Assembly (NCBI GenBank): GCA_900617105.1
Contig: UYFQ01000001.1
Location: forward strand, 2,604,001-2,668,000
Reading direction: 5' to 3'
DNA: 64,000 nt
Source of the DNA: Hydrurus foetidus
Taxonomy: Eukaryota
Positions 50,274 to 60,340 of the stretch are shown piece after piece (position 1 is the stretch's first letter; the number at the start of each line of letters is the position of its first letter). A program made the translations under genes and the position numbers. Under the pieces are notes generated by a model. The model did no database searches and was not told where the DNA came from. It was given only the letters and a program-made list of their open reading frames with translations.

Positions 50274-51500
50274 TTAGTTTTGTGCGTCAACCGGGCGCAG
50301 TTTTTTAACCTCTGCATCGCTTGGCTGCATCTTCGCGCCGTCAACGTAACGGTAGTCCACCATCACGCCTTTGCCACCGTCATTTTTGGTACGGCCGACA
50401 TACGCACCCATGGTGGACTGGTGGTCTTGCTCGCGGTACACCACCGGGCCAAAAGGTGTCACGACCTTCAAACCGCGAAACGCCGCAATCATTTTTTCAG
50501 TGTCAATCGACTTGGCTTTTTTCATGCCTTCAGCCAATGACTTGATGGCGGTGTAGCCCACGACTGAGCCGAGACGCGGATGGTCTTTGTACTTGGCGTT
50601 GTAGGCCAGAAAGAAGGCCTTGTGCTCCGGCGTTTGAATGCCGTACCACGGGTAGCCTGTGACCAGCCAGCCGTTGGGTGTTTCTTCTTTTAGCGGGTCC
50701 AAGTATTCAGGCTCACCGGTCAGCAAGCTGACCACTTCACGCCCCTGGAAAAAACCGCGCGTATTGCCTTCACGCACAAACTTGGACAAGTCAGCGCCGA
50801 ACAGCACGTTGAAAATCGCGTCGGGCTTGGCGTCGGCCACAGCTTGCACCACGCTGCCTGAATCAATGCGCCCTAGCGGCGTGGCTTGCTCCGCCACAAA
50901 TTCCACATCTGGCTGTGCAGCTTTCAGCAATGCTTTAAAGCTGGCTGCAGCAGACTGACCGTACTCGTAGTTGGGGTAAATGATGGCCCAGCGCTTTTTC
51001 TTCATGGCGGCGGCCTCAGGCACCAGCATGGCGGTTTGCATGTAGGTGGAGGCGCGCAGGCGGAAGGTGTAGCGGTTGCCGTTTTGCCAAACGATTTTGT
51101 CGGTCAGAGGCTCAGCTGCCAGGAAGAAAAACTTTTTTTGCTTGGCAAAGTCAGTCAGCGCCAGGCCGATGTTGGACAAGAAAGAACCGGTCAGCACATC
51201 GACTTTTTCACGCGAGATCAGCTCTTCAGCAGCACGCACGGCGTCGCCGGGGTTGGCGTTGTCATCGCGAATAACCAGTTCGATTTTTTTACCGTTCACA
51301 CCACCCGCCGCGTTGATTTCCTCAACCGCCAGTTCCATCCCTTTTTTGTACGGCTCTAAAAATGCGGGCTGCGCTTTGTAGCTGTTGATCTCGCCGATTT
51401 TGATGGTGTTTTGCGCTTGCGCTGCAAGCGTGACGACCATCAAACTGGGAATAGCCAGAGCCAAGGCGAGGGAGTTGAGCGTTCTGCGTTGCATTTTCAT
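50274..51500 (-). CDS. ABC transporter substrate-binding protein (LivJ family; nicotinate ligand inferred)
   Basis: Signal peptide, EINAAGGVNG, RDD motifs; cluster context. Confidence 0.88.
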   Translation of the reverse strand: MKMQRRTLNSLALALAIPSLMVVTLAAQAQNTIKIGEINSYKAQPAFLEPYKKGMELAVEEINAAGGVNGKKIELVIRDDNANPGDAVRAAEELISREKVDVLTGSFLSNIGLALTDFAKQKKFFFLAAEPLTDKIVWQNGNRYTFRLRASTYMQTAMLVPEAAAMKKKRWAIIYPNYEYGQSAAASFKALLKAAQPDVEFVAEQATPLGRIDSGSVVQAVADAKPDAIFNVLFGADLSKFVREGNTRGFFQGREVVSLLTGEPEYLDPLKEETPNGWLVTGYPWYGIQTPEHKAFFLAYNAKYKDHPRLGSVVGYTAIKSLAEGMKKAKSIDTEKMIAAFRGLKVVTPFGPVVYREQDHQSTMGAYVGRTKNDGGKGVMVDYRYVDGAKMQPSDAEVKKLRPVDAQN

Positions 51501-51560
51501 GGTGACTCCTGAAGGGTTGAATTAACGTTTAAAAAAGATAGCTACTGATACAACGCGGGA

Positions 51561-52145
51561 CTAGCGCAAGCCGTCTAGGCCTTTGGCTTCATGGGCCTGC
51601 AAGCCGCCTACCCGCGCTAACGGCCTGCCGCTGTCGGTGACGACCACAGCGACCACAATTTCGTTGGCGCGGGGCGCATCAGACACACGCGCTTCCATTG
51701 CATCAAAATGGCTGCGCACAAAGGCTGCGTCTTTGTGCCCTAACGGCACATCAATGGCTGTACCCAGTGTGCCGCTTTTTTTACTCGATGGCACCAGCGC
51801 CGCGCCCTTTTCAACGGCCACACGCAGCGGCGCACCGAGCTTGGGGTGCAAGATGGCGGCTACGTGCTCAATCTCGCCCGCCTCTCCGACGATGGCTGCC
51901 TTGCCATAGCTTTGCGCATCGCCCGGGGCGATGCCATGCGCTTTCACGCACTTGTCGCCCAGCAAACCGCCCAGCTCTTCACCGATGGCGATCAGTTCGT
52001 CTAGGTTTTCTGTGTAGCTGCCTGCCAGCGGATTGTGAATGACGGCCATCGCCAATGCGCGACGGGTCGGCGGCGATATGGCACGCCCCATTTCAATATG
52101 AACCTCATCCACCTGAACAATGATTTTGCGAATTTGGGCTTTCAT
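51561..52145 (-). CDS. DUF1185 / 'amino acid synthesis' family protein
   Basis: SYGKAAIVG..GEIEH, VPSSKK, DVPLGHK, RSHFD, DAPRANEI. Confidence 0.85.
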   Translation of the reverse strand: MKAQIRKIIVQVDEVHIEMGRAISPPTRRALAMAVIHNPLAGSYTENLDELIAIGEELGGLLGDKCVKAHGIAPGDAQSYGKAAIVGEAGEIEHVAAILHPKLGAPLRVAVEKGAALVPSSKKSGTLGTAIDVPLGHKDAAFVRSHFDAMEARVSDAPRANEIVVAVVVTDSGRPLARVGGLQAHEAKGLDGLR

Positions 52146-52173
52146 GCTTTTCCTTGTAATAACTTGCTGCGTT

Positions 52174-52824
52174 TTAGCGCAGGCCGTCCCATTTGCTGAT
52201 GGCGTTGGCTGCCAAGCCGCCTACGCGGGCATGAATTCGTGCACCAGTGCTCATGGCCAAGATGAAGACAATTTCATCCGCCGTGGGTGCTCCCGGCACG
52301 CGCACTTCGATCACATCAAAATGGCTGCGCACGTAGCTGGCGTTGATGTGCGTCATTGGCATTTCTAGCGCCGTGCCGGGTGCGCCGACTTTTTTAGTGG
52401 ACGGCACAATCGACAATGCATTTACAGTTTGGGATGGCAATGGGGAAATACTTGCGCCGCCACCTTGGGTGTACGCGTTGCGGTCACCCTTCCACCCTAG
52501 CAACTCACGCATGGCATAGCCGCCGGGCACGTGCCACAGCGCGCCGTATTCCAACTCACCGTTGGCACCCACAACTGCGCCTTTGCCATAGCCCTGAATT
52601 TGCTCGGCCGGCACATGCATAGCGGCTCGCAAACGTTCGGCCATGTCACCGCCTACTTTGCCCAGCGCGTCCATCATCGGCAAGATATCTGGCTCGTAGC
52701 GGCCCGCGTAGGGGTTGGTCATGACGATACCAATTGCGCCGCGCAGCAATGGCTGGTCAGGTGGCGGGCCGAACTCGTGTGCAATCGATTCGACATGTGT
52801 GAATATTCGGCGTATTTCAATCAT
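52174..52824 (-). CDS. DUF1185 / 'amino acid synthesis' family protein (paralog)
   Basis: NPYAG, GYGKGAVVG..GELE, VPSTKK, RSHFD, RVGGL. Confidence 0.85.
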   Translation of the reverse strand: MIEIRRIFTHVESIAHEFGPPPDQPLLRGAIGIVMTNPYAGRYEPDILPMMDALGKVGGDMAERLRAAMHVPAEQIQGYGKGAVVGANGELEYGALWHVPGGYAMRELLGWKGDRNAYTQGGGASISPLPSQTVNALSIVPSTKKVGAPGTALEMPMTHINASYVRSHFDVIEVRVPGAPTADEIVFILAMSTGARIHARVGGLAANAISKWDGLR

Positions 52825-52830
52825 GGGTGT

Positions 52831-53739
52831 TCATGCATATTCTGTGCCGCAAGCGTTGATGGTCAAGCGTTTGTTTTGCATCTTTTGAAGGGCAAAGTCA
52901 GTGGTCATGTGTTGATTCTGGCAGACCAAGACAGCTGAACAGATGAGTCCTTGCGCACGCAAGGTCAATGCGCACGCCAGGCCTGCGGCTAATGGGCGGT
53001 GAGCCAACTCTGGAGGTAACGGCGGTACGTCAACTTTTACCAGCCGGTCACCCAAGTCAGAATTGCCTTTGATGTCACAAGCTGGTCGCCTGACGATGCG
53101 CGTGTCCTGAATGTTGACGGCATTGGCGATTACGGCAGCGGCGGCGTCCGCCTCAGCCGCGGTACGAGCCAAAACCGTGACACTGTCTGCAATGCCCAAT
53201 GAAAAACTGCGGCCGCGCCAGCCACTGGTAGCCACGCCGCGTACGGGTGAGCCGCTGCGAATTTCCAATTGCCCATTTAGGGTGATGCCGTTTTGCAGCT
53301 GCTCTGCGCTTAATTTCTTAAGGTTGGCATACAAGCCGACGCGGATGAACTCGTTATCCGTCAGATGAAGGGCAATATCGCCACCATTGTTGATCGACGC
53401 GCGCTGGATGCTCTCTGCCCGATAGAACTGCAACAACTTTTGCGCAACTGACCCGGCGACCGCAGCCATCGGCGTGGTGAAGCTGAGTTGATAGGGTTTG
53501 CATGCCAGCCACATGCGCTGCGCAATAGGCCCGAGGACGGGACATGCGCCTTGAACGGAGCGGCGCAGCAAAGGCAGCTTTTGCACCAGCACTTGCAAAA
53601 TGCATTGGAAGCGCTGCCAAGCCTTTGCGTGCGCATCTTTCAAAGCCGAAGCATCCCCCGTCGCGCCAATGATGACGTCCATCGGACCATGCTGAAAATG
53701 CCAAAAGCCGTCGGGCAATTAAGCGCGTTGTGCATTCAT
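52831..53739 (-). pseudogene. UPF0280/ApbE-like protein with a nonsense codon at codon 7
   Basis: ATG 53739 reads MNAQRA*LPDGFWHFQHGP (TAA at 53719-53721); TPMAAVAG, NNGGDIA, GVATSG, GRSFSLGIAD motifs; a TTG restart at 53718 is possible. Confidence 0.65.
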
Positions 53740-53744
53740 GCCGC

Positions 53745-55260
53745 TCATTCCCCCAGCGGCCAAGGATTGGATGCATGCATTGGCTGCCACTGCAAGGTGC
53801 GTGGCGCACCGTCGTTGTGCCACGCGCCGCCTCGCAAGGCTTCTTCCAAAGTCCGAATATGTCCCATGTGTCCACCCAAGGCGCGGTAGTTGTGCATGCT
53901 CATGCTGAATTCAATCGGTGCAACAATCGCGGGGGTCGGCACGGCGCCAAAGCTGTTGTCGGGCATGCGCATCACATCCACCATCACGGTGATGCCGCCG
54001 CCCGGCCACATGTAAGCCGGCGCACCGCCACAAGTGACATTGACCAACGCGTCTTTGATGGCGCGGGTCAGCAGCACCGGGTTTTCAGTCACACCTGCGC
54101 GCAAACTGCCACCAGCGCCGCCCAAAAACAGCACCGTACACAAAGATGGCTCGCAGTTCTCGCCGATTCTGTCGATCACGGTTTGCACGTCTGGCGGCAT
54201 GACTTGTTCAACAGGTAGCAGCGCGCTGTCAAGCACGTACCAGCTGGCATGTTCGCCGGTGGTCGATGTCATCAGTAGCCGCACACCTGGCCAATCACGA
54301 TCAGCGTCCCAGCTTTCAATGATGGACAGTGGGTCTGAAATGTCAGTGCCACCCCAGCCTGTGCCTGGGTTGGCGACCTGAAAGTAACGGCCCGGTGTGG
54401 ACTTTCGCCCAATCACTTGGATACCAGATGCTTTCATGTCCAGGCAGCGACCTGCCTGGTGCTCGGTCAGCACGCCCGTGATGTGGTCATCCACCACCAC
54501 CACCTCATCGGCCAAGCCGTCAAACTACTAGGCAAAAATACCAATTGCTGCGCACGCCGTTAACCACGGGCGCTTTGCCTGCTTGAATGACCAGCTGCGA
54601 GCCACCATCAATCGTGAACTCGACCGCCTGCTTATTACCCAGCGCCTGCTTATTACCCAGCGCCTGCATCATTTCCATCGTGATGCGGCCTTCTTTTTTG
54701 CTGCCGCCCGTCAGGCGATACACGCCGCCCAAGGACAGCATTTGCGAGCCGTACTCGGCTGTGGTGACGTGCCCCACTACCTCACCTTTGCAGCGCACAT
54801 TAGCTTGTTCGGACCCTAAAAAGCGCTCAGTGTCGATTTCGACCTTCAAGCTGCAATAACTGAAGATGCCCTCAGTCACCACTGACACCACATTAACACC
54901 GGCAACTTGGGACAAGACGATGAACGGCGCGAGTTTGTAGTCGGGGTAAGTGGTGGATGAACCCACACCGGTAACGAACACCTCTTTGCTATTGGTCAGC
55001 TCACCACTCCAAGTCTGGTCGGTGCTGAACGGCACCAAGCGTGCATCAGAATCGGCCAGAGTACGGCGCAAAAACACAACGGGGTCAACCCGAATCAACA
55101 CACCCGCCTGATTGGCATAACGGTCACACGCACCGCTGCGACCAACAGATATTTTGCACAGTACTGGGCAGGCCTCACACGCAATTTTTCCTTTTGCCAA
55201 CTTTTCTTCAACAGGTTCGTACTGTTGGGACAAGCCGTCTGTTTTCTTATGTTCAGACAT
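53745..55260 (-). pseudogene. 6-hydroxynicotinate reductase (Hnr-like), disrupted
   Basis: N-terminal CEACPVLC..GACDRY Fe-S motif, VTEGIFSYC, EYGSQMLSLGG, DDHITG, GGAGGSLRAG; frame break near 54552 and TAG TAG at 54525-54530; adjacent to enamidase. Confidence 0.78.
54625..54660. repeat. Perfect 18-bp tandem duplication inside hnr
   Basis: CGCCTGCTTATTACCCAG x2 (+ CGCCTGC), giving QALGNKQALGNKQA. Confidence 0.95.
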
Positions 55261-55287
55261 GATTCAAATCAGGCTGTAAAAGTTTTA

Positions 55288-55306
55288 GTTGAACATGATT
55301 ATCAAC
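55288..55306. promoter_or_regulatory. Candidate operator in the divergent hnr/enamidase promoter
   Basis: GTTGA-acatgatta-TCAAC inverted repeat in a 112-bp AT-rich spacer. Confidence 0.4.
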
Positions 55307-55372
55307 AACCGCATTTAATCACCCAATCACACGGCATTCGCCAACCATTCGAAATTTTTTAACGGGTACACC

Positions 55373-56560
55373 ATGGCAAACTTGTAAACCACCGCTATAT
55401 CCGGCAAAGTCGTCATCAAGAACATTGGCCTGCTGCTGTCGGGCGATATTGGCCAGCCGATTCTTGATGCAGACACCATCGTCATCAACGACAGGTTGAT
55501 TGTTGCTGTGGGCAAATCCAAAGACTGCCACCAGAGTCACGCAATCACCGTCATCGACGCGCAGCAATGTTGCGTCAGCCCGGGCTTGATTGACAGCCAC
55601 GTTCACCCGGTATTTGGTGACTGGACACCTCGCCAAAACCAACTGGGCTGGATTGAATAGACCATGCATGGCGACGTAACCACCATGATTTCAGCCGGTG
55701 AAGTGCATTTGCCCGGCAGGCCCAAAGACATTCTGGGTTTAGAGGCGTTGGCGATTACTGCGCAACGTACATTCGACAACTTTCGCCCCGGCGGCGCGAA
55801 GGTGATTGCGGGCGCGCCCATCATGGAAAAAGGTATGGTGGAGCAAGACTTTAAAGACTTGGCAGACGCAGGTGTAACGCTGCTCGGCGAAGTCAGCTTG
55901 GGCACAGTCAAGGCAGGCTACGAAGCCAAAGAAATGGTGGCGTGGGCGCGCAAGTACGGCATTCAAAGCACCATTCATACCGGCGGGCCATCAGTGCCAG
56001 GCTCGAGATACATAGACAAAGACGTGGTGCTAGAGGCTGATGCCGACATCATTGGCCACATCAACGGTGGGCACACATCCTTGTCAGAACAACACGTCTG
56101 CGAACTGTGCGAAAAGTCGTCGCGCGCGATTGAAGTTGTGCACAATGGCAATGAAAAAGTAGCCATTGCTGCGGCGCAAGCGGCCTTGCAACTCAAGTGC
56201 CCGCACCTCGTGACTTTGGGGACTGATGGTCCAGCGGGTGCAGGCGTACAGCCGCTGGGCATACTTCGCATGATTTCGTTACTGTCCGCCCTAGGCAACA
56301 TCCCACCCGAGTTGGTGTTTTGTTTTGCCACCGGCAACACGGCGCGCATACGCGGGCTCAATTGCGGTCTGATTGAAGTCGGCCGCGTCGCCGACTTTGT
56401 GTATTTAGACAAAGCCCAACACTCAGCTGGCAGTGACATGCTGGACAGCATCACGCGTGGCGATATTCCAGGCGTCGGCATGGTGATGATTGACGGCCTG
56501 GTGCGATGCGGGCGCAGCCGCAACACACCGCCAGCAACGCGCATACCACTCGTCGAATAG
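55373..56560 (+). pseudogene. Enamidase (amidohydrolase), two premature stops
   Basis: Continuous frame from ATG 55373: MANL*TT...PGLIDSHVHPVFGDWTPRQ...WIE*TMHG; TAA 55385-55387 and TAG 55658-55660; ISAGEVH, HTGG, GHINGG, GTD motifs. Confidence 0.85.
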
Positions 56561-56576
56561 CCATTTAGCTAATCTC

Positions 56577-56605
56577 TTGACATTTTCACTTTAAGCCTAA
56601 ACAAT
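56577..56605 (+). promoter_or_regulatory. Candidate sigma70 promoter of the abm-like operon with overlapping palindrome
   Basis: TTGACA-17 bp-AACAAT; TTTAAGCCTAAA near-palindrome at 56590-56601. Confidence 0.5.
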
Positions 56606-56641
56606 TGAAGGATTGATTAATCGGCAAAAGGCAAATGCGTC

Positions 56642-58954
56642 ATGCGTATTGTTTGTTTAGGTGGCGGCCCGGCAGGTTTGTACTTTTCACTGCTGATGAA
56701 GCTACAAAACCCTGCGCATGTGGTAACGATAGTCGAGCGCAATCGCCCGTTTGACACCTTTGGCTGGGGCGTGGTGCTATCTGACCAGACGCTGGGTAAT
56801 TTGCGCGCAGCTGACCCTGTAAGCGCGCAGCTGATTGGCGATGCTTTCAACCATTGGGACGACGTCGAGATGTTTTTTAAAGGTCGCAGTGTGCGTTCAG
56901 GCGGCCACGGCTTTTGCGGTATTGGGCGTAAAAAGCTGCTGAACATATTGCAAGAGCGCTGCATTGAGTTGGGTGTTGACCTGGTGTTTGAGGCCGACGT
57001 GCAAGACGACCAGGCACTGGCTTTGCAGTACAACGCCGACATCGTGATTGCCTGCGATGGCCTGAACAGCCGAGTGCGTACGCGCTATGAAAGCACCTAC
57101 CAGCCCGACGTTGAAATGCGCGACTGCCGCTTTGTGTGGCTAGGTACCAAAAAAACTTTTGATGCGTTTACTTTTGCTTTTGAGAAAACAGAGCATGGCT
57201 GGTTTGCTGCGCACGCCTACAAGTTTGATGCAGACACCTCCACCTTTATTGTTGAAACGCCGCAATCCGTGTGGGAGGCGCATGGCCTTGACAAGATGAG
57301 TCAGGAAGAGGGCATTGCGTTTTGTGAACGCTTGTTTGCAAAGTACTTAGACGGCAACCCGCTGATGAATAACGCGACGCATGTGCGGGGGTCAGCCATT
57401 TGGATTCGCTTTCCTCGTGTGGTGTGTGAGCGCTGGGTGCATACCGAAAAAGTTGACGGCAGAGACGTGCCTATTGTGTTGATGGGAGATGCCGCCCACA
57501 CAGCGCATTTTTCAATTGGCAGCGGTACCAAGCTGGCACTTGAAGATGCGATTGAACTGGCGCGTTGTTTTGCCAAAACCAGCGACGTGACTGAAGCGCT
57601 GCAAGCCTATGAGGCCGTACGTTCCGTTGAGGTGTTGAAAATTCAAAACGCTGCACGCAATTCCACCGAGTGGTTTGAAAACGTGGAGCGTTACAGCGGC
57701 CTAGAGGCGGAGCAGTTCTTTTACTCGATGATGACGCGCTCGCAACGCATCAGTCATGAGAACTTGCGGGTGCGTGATGCCGATTGGTTGGCGGGGTACG
57801 AGCAGTGGCTGGCTAAATCTCCATCTTCAAAGTTCCCGCCCGCGCCGATGTTGCTTCCTCTGAAGATTCGTGACGTTACTTTGAAAAACCGCGTCGTCGT
57901 TTCACCCATGGCCACCTACAGCGCAGTCGATGGCGTTGCGCAGGACTTTCATTTCGTGCATTTGGGTGCGCGTGCGCTAGGCGGCGCAGCACTGGTGTTT
58001 GTTGAAATGACGTCGCCCAGCCCAGAAGGCCGTATCACGCCCGGCTGCACTGGCTTGTACAGCGAGGCGCAGATGCTGGCACTCAAACGCATTGTTGACT
58101 TCGCGCACGCATCTGGCAACGGTGCAAAGATGGGTTTGCAGCTGGGCCACAGCGGCCCGAAAGGCTCAACCCAAGTCGGCTGGGAGCAAACCGATGAACC
58201 CTTGGCTACCGGTAACTGGCTATTGATTGCCGCCAGTGCTATTTCGTTTGGCCCAACCAATCAAACCCCCAAGGCCATGACGCGCGCAGATATGGATCGC
58301 GTCACTGCCCAGTTTGTGCAATCGACCCGCTACGCCATTGACGCGGGTTTTGACTGGTCGGAGCTGCACTGCGCTCACGGCTACTTGCTGTCGAGCTTCA
58401 TCACGCCGCTGACCAATGTGCGCACTGATGAGTACGGCGGCAGTTTAGAAAACCGCTGCCGCTACCCGCTTGAAGTCTTTAAAGCCATGCGTGCAGTGTG
58501 GCCCGCAAACCTGCCAATGAGTGTGCGTATTTCAGCGCACGACTGGGCACCCGGCGGCAATACCGATGATGACGCAGTAGAAATTGCACGACTCTTTAAG
58601 GCCGCAGGTTGCGACGTGATTGACGTCTCATCAGGTCAAACCACGCGCGCTGCCAGGCCGGTGTATGGCCGCATGTACCAAACGCCGTTTGCAGACCGTA
58701 TTCGCAACGAGGTGGGCATTCAAACCATGGCGGTAGGCGCTATATCGGAAAGCGACCAGGTCAACAGCATTATTGCGGCGGGCCGTGCCGACCTGTGCGC
58801 CTTAGCTCGCCCGCACCTGGCCGACCCCGCCTGGACGCTGCACGAAGCTGCCAAGATGCAAAGCCGTCATGTGGTTTGGCCCAAGCCGTATGAAAGTGGC
58901 CGAGACCAGATGTACCGTGAAATAGCCAAGCAAAAAGCACTTTTATCCCAATAA
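56642..58954 (+). CDS. abmA: Bifunctional anthraniloyl-/salicylyl-CoA monooxygenase/reductase (AbmA-like)
   Basis: N-terminal [31 protein letters not shown] flavin monooxygenase; C-terminal old-yellow-enzyme domain ([20 protein letters not shown]). Confidence 0.88.
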   Translation: MRIVCLGGGPAGLYFSLLMKLQNPAHVVTIVERNRPFDTFGWGVVLSDQTLGNLRAADPVSAQLIGDAFNHWDDVEMFFKGRSVRSGGHGFCGIGRKKLLNILQERCIELGVDLVFEADVQDDQALALQYNADIVIACDGLNSRVRTRYESTYQPDVEMRDCRFVWLGTKKTFDAFTFAFEKTEHGWFAAHAYKFDADTSTFIVETPQSVWEAHGLDKMSQEEGIAFCERLFAKYLDGNPLMNNATHVRGSAIWIRFPRVVCERWVHTEKVDGRDVPIVLMGDAAHTAHFSIGSGTKLALEDAIELARCFAKTSDVTEALQAYEAVRSVEVLKIQNAARNSTEWFENVERYSGLEAEQFFYSMMTRSQRISHENLRVRDADWLAGYEQWLAKSPSSKFPPAPMLLPLKIRDVTLKNRVVVSPMATYSAVDGVAQDFHFVHLGARALGGAALVFVEMTSPSPEGRITPGCTGLYSEAQMLALKRIVDFAHASGNGAKMGLQLGHSGPKGSTQVGWEQTDEPLATGNWLLIAASAISFGPTNQTPKAMTRADMDRVTAQFVQSTRYAIDAGFDWSELHCAHGYLLSSFITPLTNVRTDEYGGSLENRCRYPLEVFKAMRAVWPANLPMSVRISAHDWAPGGNTDDDAVEIARLFKAAGCDVIDVSSGQTTRAARPVYGRMYQTPFADRIRNEVGIQTMAVGAISESDQVNSIIAAGRADLCALARPHLADPAWTLHEAAKMQSRHVVWPKPYESGRDQMYREIAKQKALLSQ

Positions 58955-58986
58955 ATACGGGCGCAAACAGCTCATTAAATAATAGC
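58944..58986 (+). repeat. 43-bp dispersed repeat, copy 13 (supplies the abmA stop)
   Basis: TATCCCAATAAATACGGGCGCAAACAGCTCATTAAATAATAGC. Confidence 0.9.
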
Positions 58987-59012
58987 ATTAACTACAATAA
59001 ACAGGCCTGAAT

Positions 59013-59489
59013 ATGGACATGGAAGCCCAAAGCCACAGCGAACACCCAGAAGCCTTGCGGCTCTGGCTGCGCCTGCTGACCTGTACCCAGCTGGTTGAAA
59101 AGCAGGTGCGCAACAACCTGCGCGAACAGTTTGACACCACGCTGCCGCGCTTTGACTTGATGGCGCAACTGCAGCGCAACCCAGACGGCCTGAAGATGAA
59201 CGAGCTGTCACGCCGGATGATGGTGACGGGCGGTAACGTGACGGGCATCACTGACCAACTTGTGGCTGAAGGCTTGGTGGAGCGTTTGGAAGTCGATGGT
59301 GACCGCCGCGCCTACCGCGTGCGGCTAACCGTGCAGGGCCGCAAGACGTTTGACGAGATGGCCAAGCAGCACGAGGACTGGATTGTTGCGAGCTTTGAGG
59401 TACTGACAGCCAAAGAAGTCGACGCTCTGCACAAGCTGCTGGGCAAAGTCAAAGAACACCACCATGCAAAAACACTAGAAATCATATGA
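59013..59489 (+). CDS. MarR family transcriptional regulator
   Basis: Winged [23 protein letters not shown] and DRR motif. Confidence 0.92.
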   Translation: MDMEAQSHSEHPEALRLWLRLLTCTQLVEKQVRNNLREQFDTTLPRFDLMAQLQRNPDGLKMNELSRRMMVTGGNVTGITDQLVAEGLVERLEVDGDRRAYRVRLTVQGRKTFDEMAKQHEDWIVASFEVLTAKEVDALHKLLGKVKEHHHAKTLEII

Positions 59490-60340
59490 AGCACTACATC
59501 ACCCCCGCCAACCCAATGCGCCCACAGTTTGACGCGATGGCCAGTTACAGCGCCACCCACTTTTCCTACGGGTTTGACGCCGGCGTCGCAACACTGACCT
59601 TGAACCGGCCCGATCGCAAAAACCCGTTGACGTTTGACTCGTACCACGAGCTGCGAAACTTATTTGCTGCACTTAACCACGCCACTGACGTGAAAGCCGT
59701 TGTTTTGACGGGTGAAGGCGGCAACTTTTGCTCAGGCGGCGATGTGCATGAAATCATTGGCCCACTGACCAAAATGAGCATGACCGAGACGCTGGAGTTC
59801 ACCCGCATGACAGGCGACTTGGTCAAACAAATGCGCCTGTGCCCGCAGCCCATCATTGCAGCGATTGACGGTATTTGCGCGGGCGCTGGCGCGATGATGG
59901 CCTTGGCCGCTGACATGCGCTTGGGCACACTGCAAACCAAAACGGCGTTCTTGTTCACGCGTGTCGGGCTGGCGGGCGCAGACATGGGCGCGTGTGCGCT
60001 GCTGCCCCGCATGATTGGCCAGGGCCGCGCGTCTGAGCTGCTTTTCACCGGCCGGGCGATGACGGCGCAAGAGGGTTTGCAGTGGGGGTTTTTCAACGCA
60101 CTGCATGAATCGAGTGATCTTCTAGCAGCCGCCAAAAAACTGGCGCATGAGCTGGCCAGCGGCCCAACTTTTGCGCACGGCATGACCAAAACCATGCTGC
60201 ACCAGGAATGGGCGATGACGTTGGACCAGGCGATCGAAGCCGAAGCGCAGGCCCAAGCGATATGCATGCAAACGCAAGACTTTACGCGGGCTTATCAGGC
60301 GTTTTCGAGTAAACAGAAACCTGTTTTTGAGGGAACTTAA
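59486..60340 (+). CDS. Enoyl-CoA hydratase/isomerase family protein (AbmC-like)
   Basis: [18 protein letters not shown] crotonase motifs. Confidence 0.88.
   Translation: MKHYITPANPMRPQFDAMASYSATHFSYGFDAGVATLTLNRPDRKNPLTFDSYHELRNLFAALNHATDVKAVVLTGEGGNFCSGGDVHEIIGPLTKMSMTETLEFTRMTGDLVKQMRLCPQPIIAAIDGICAGAGAMMALAADMRLGTLQTKTAFLFTRVGLAGADMGACALLPRMIGQGRASELLFTGRAMTAQEGLQWGFFNALHESSDLLAAAKKLAHELASGPTFAHGMTKTMLHQEWAMTLDQAIEAEAQAQAICMQTQDFTRAYQAFSSKQKPVFEGT

Noticed and set aside
33271..51570. Partial matches to the 43-bp motif near 33271 (dsbC start), 38068 and 51530
   Set aside because: Only a half-site of AT-rich sequence matches; they cannot be separated from chance without a PWM.
53719..55660. 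In-frame TAG/TAA codons as stop-codon recoding (pyrrolysine or alternative code)
   Set aside because: Both TAA and TAG occur, they accompany frame breaks, they are confined to one cluster, and both codons end normal genes elsewhere in the window.
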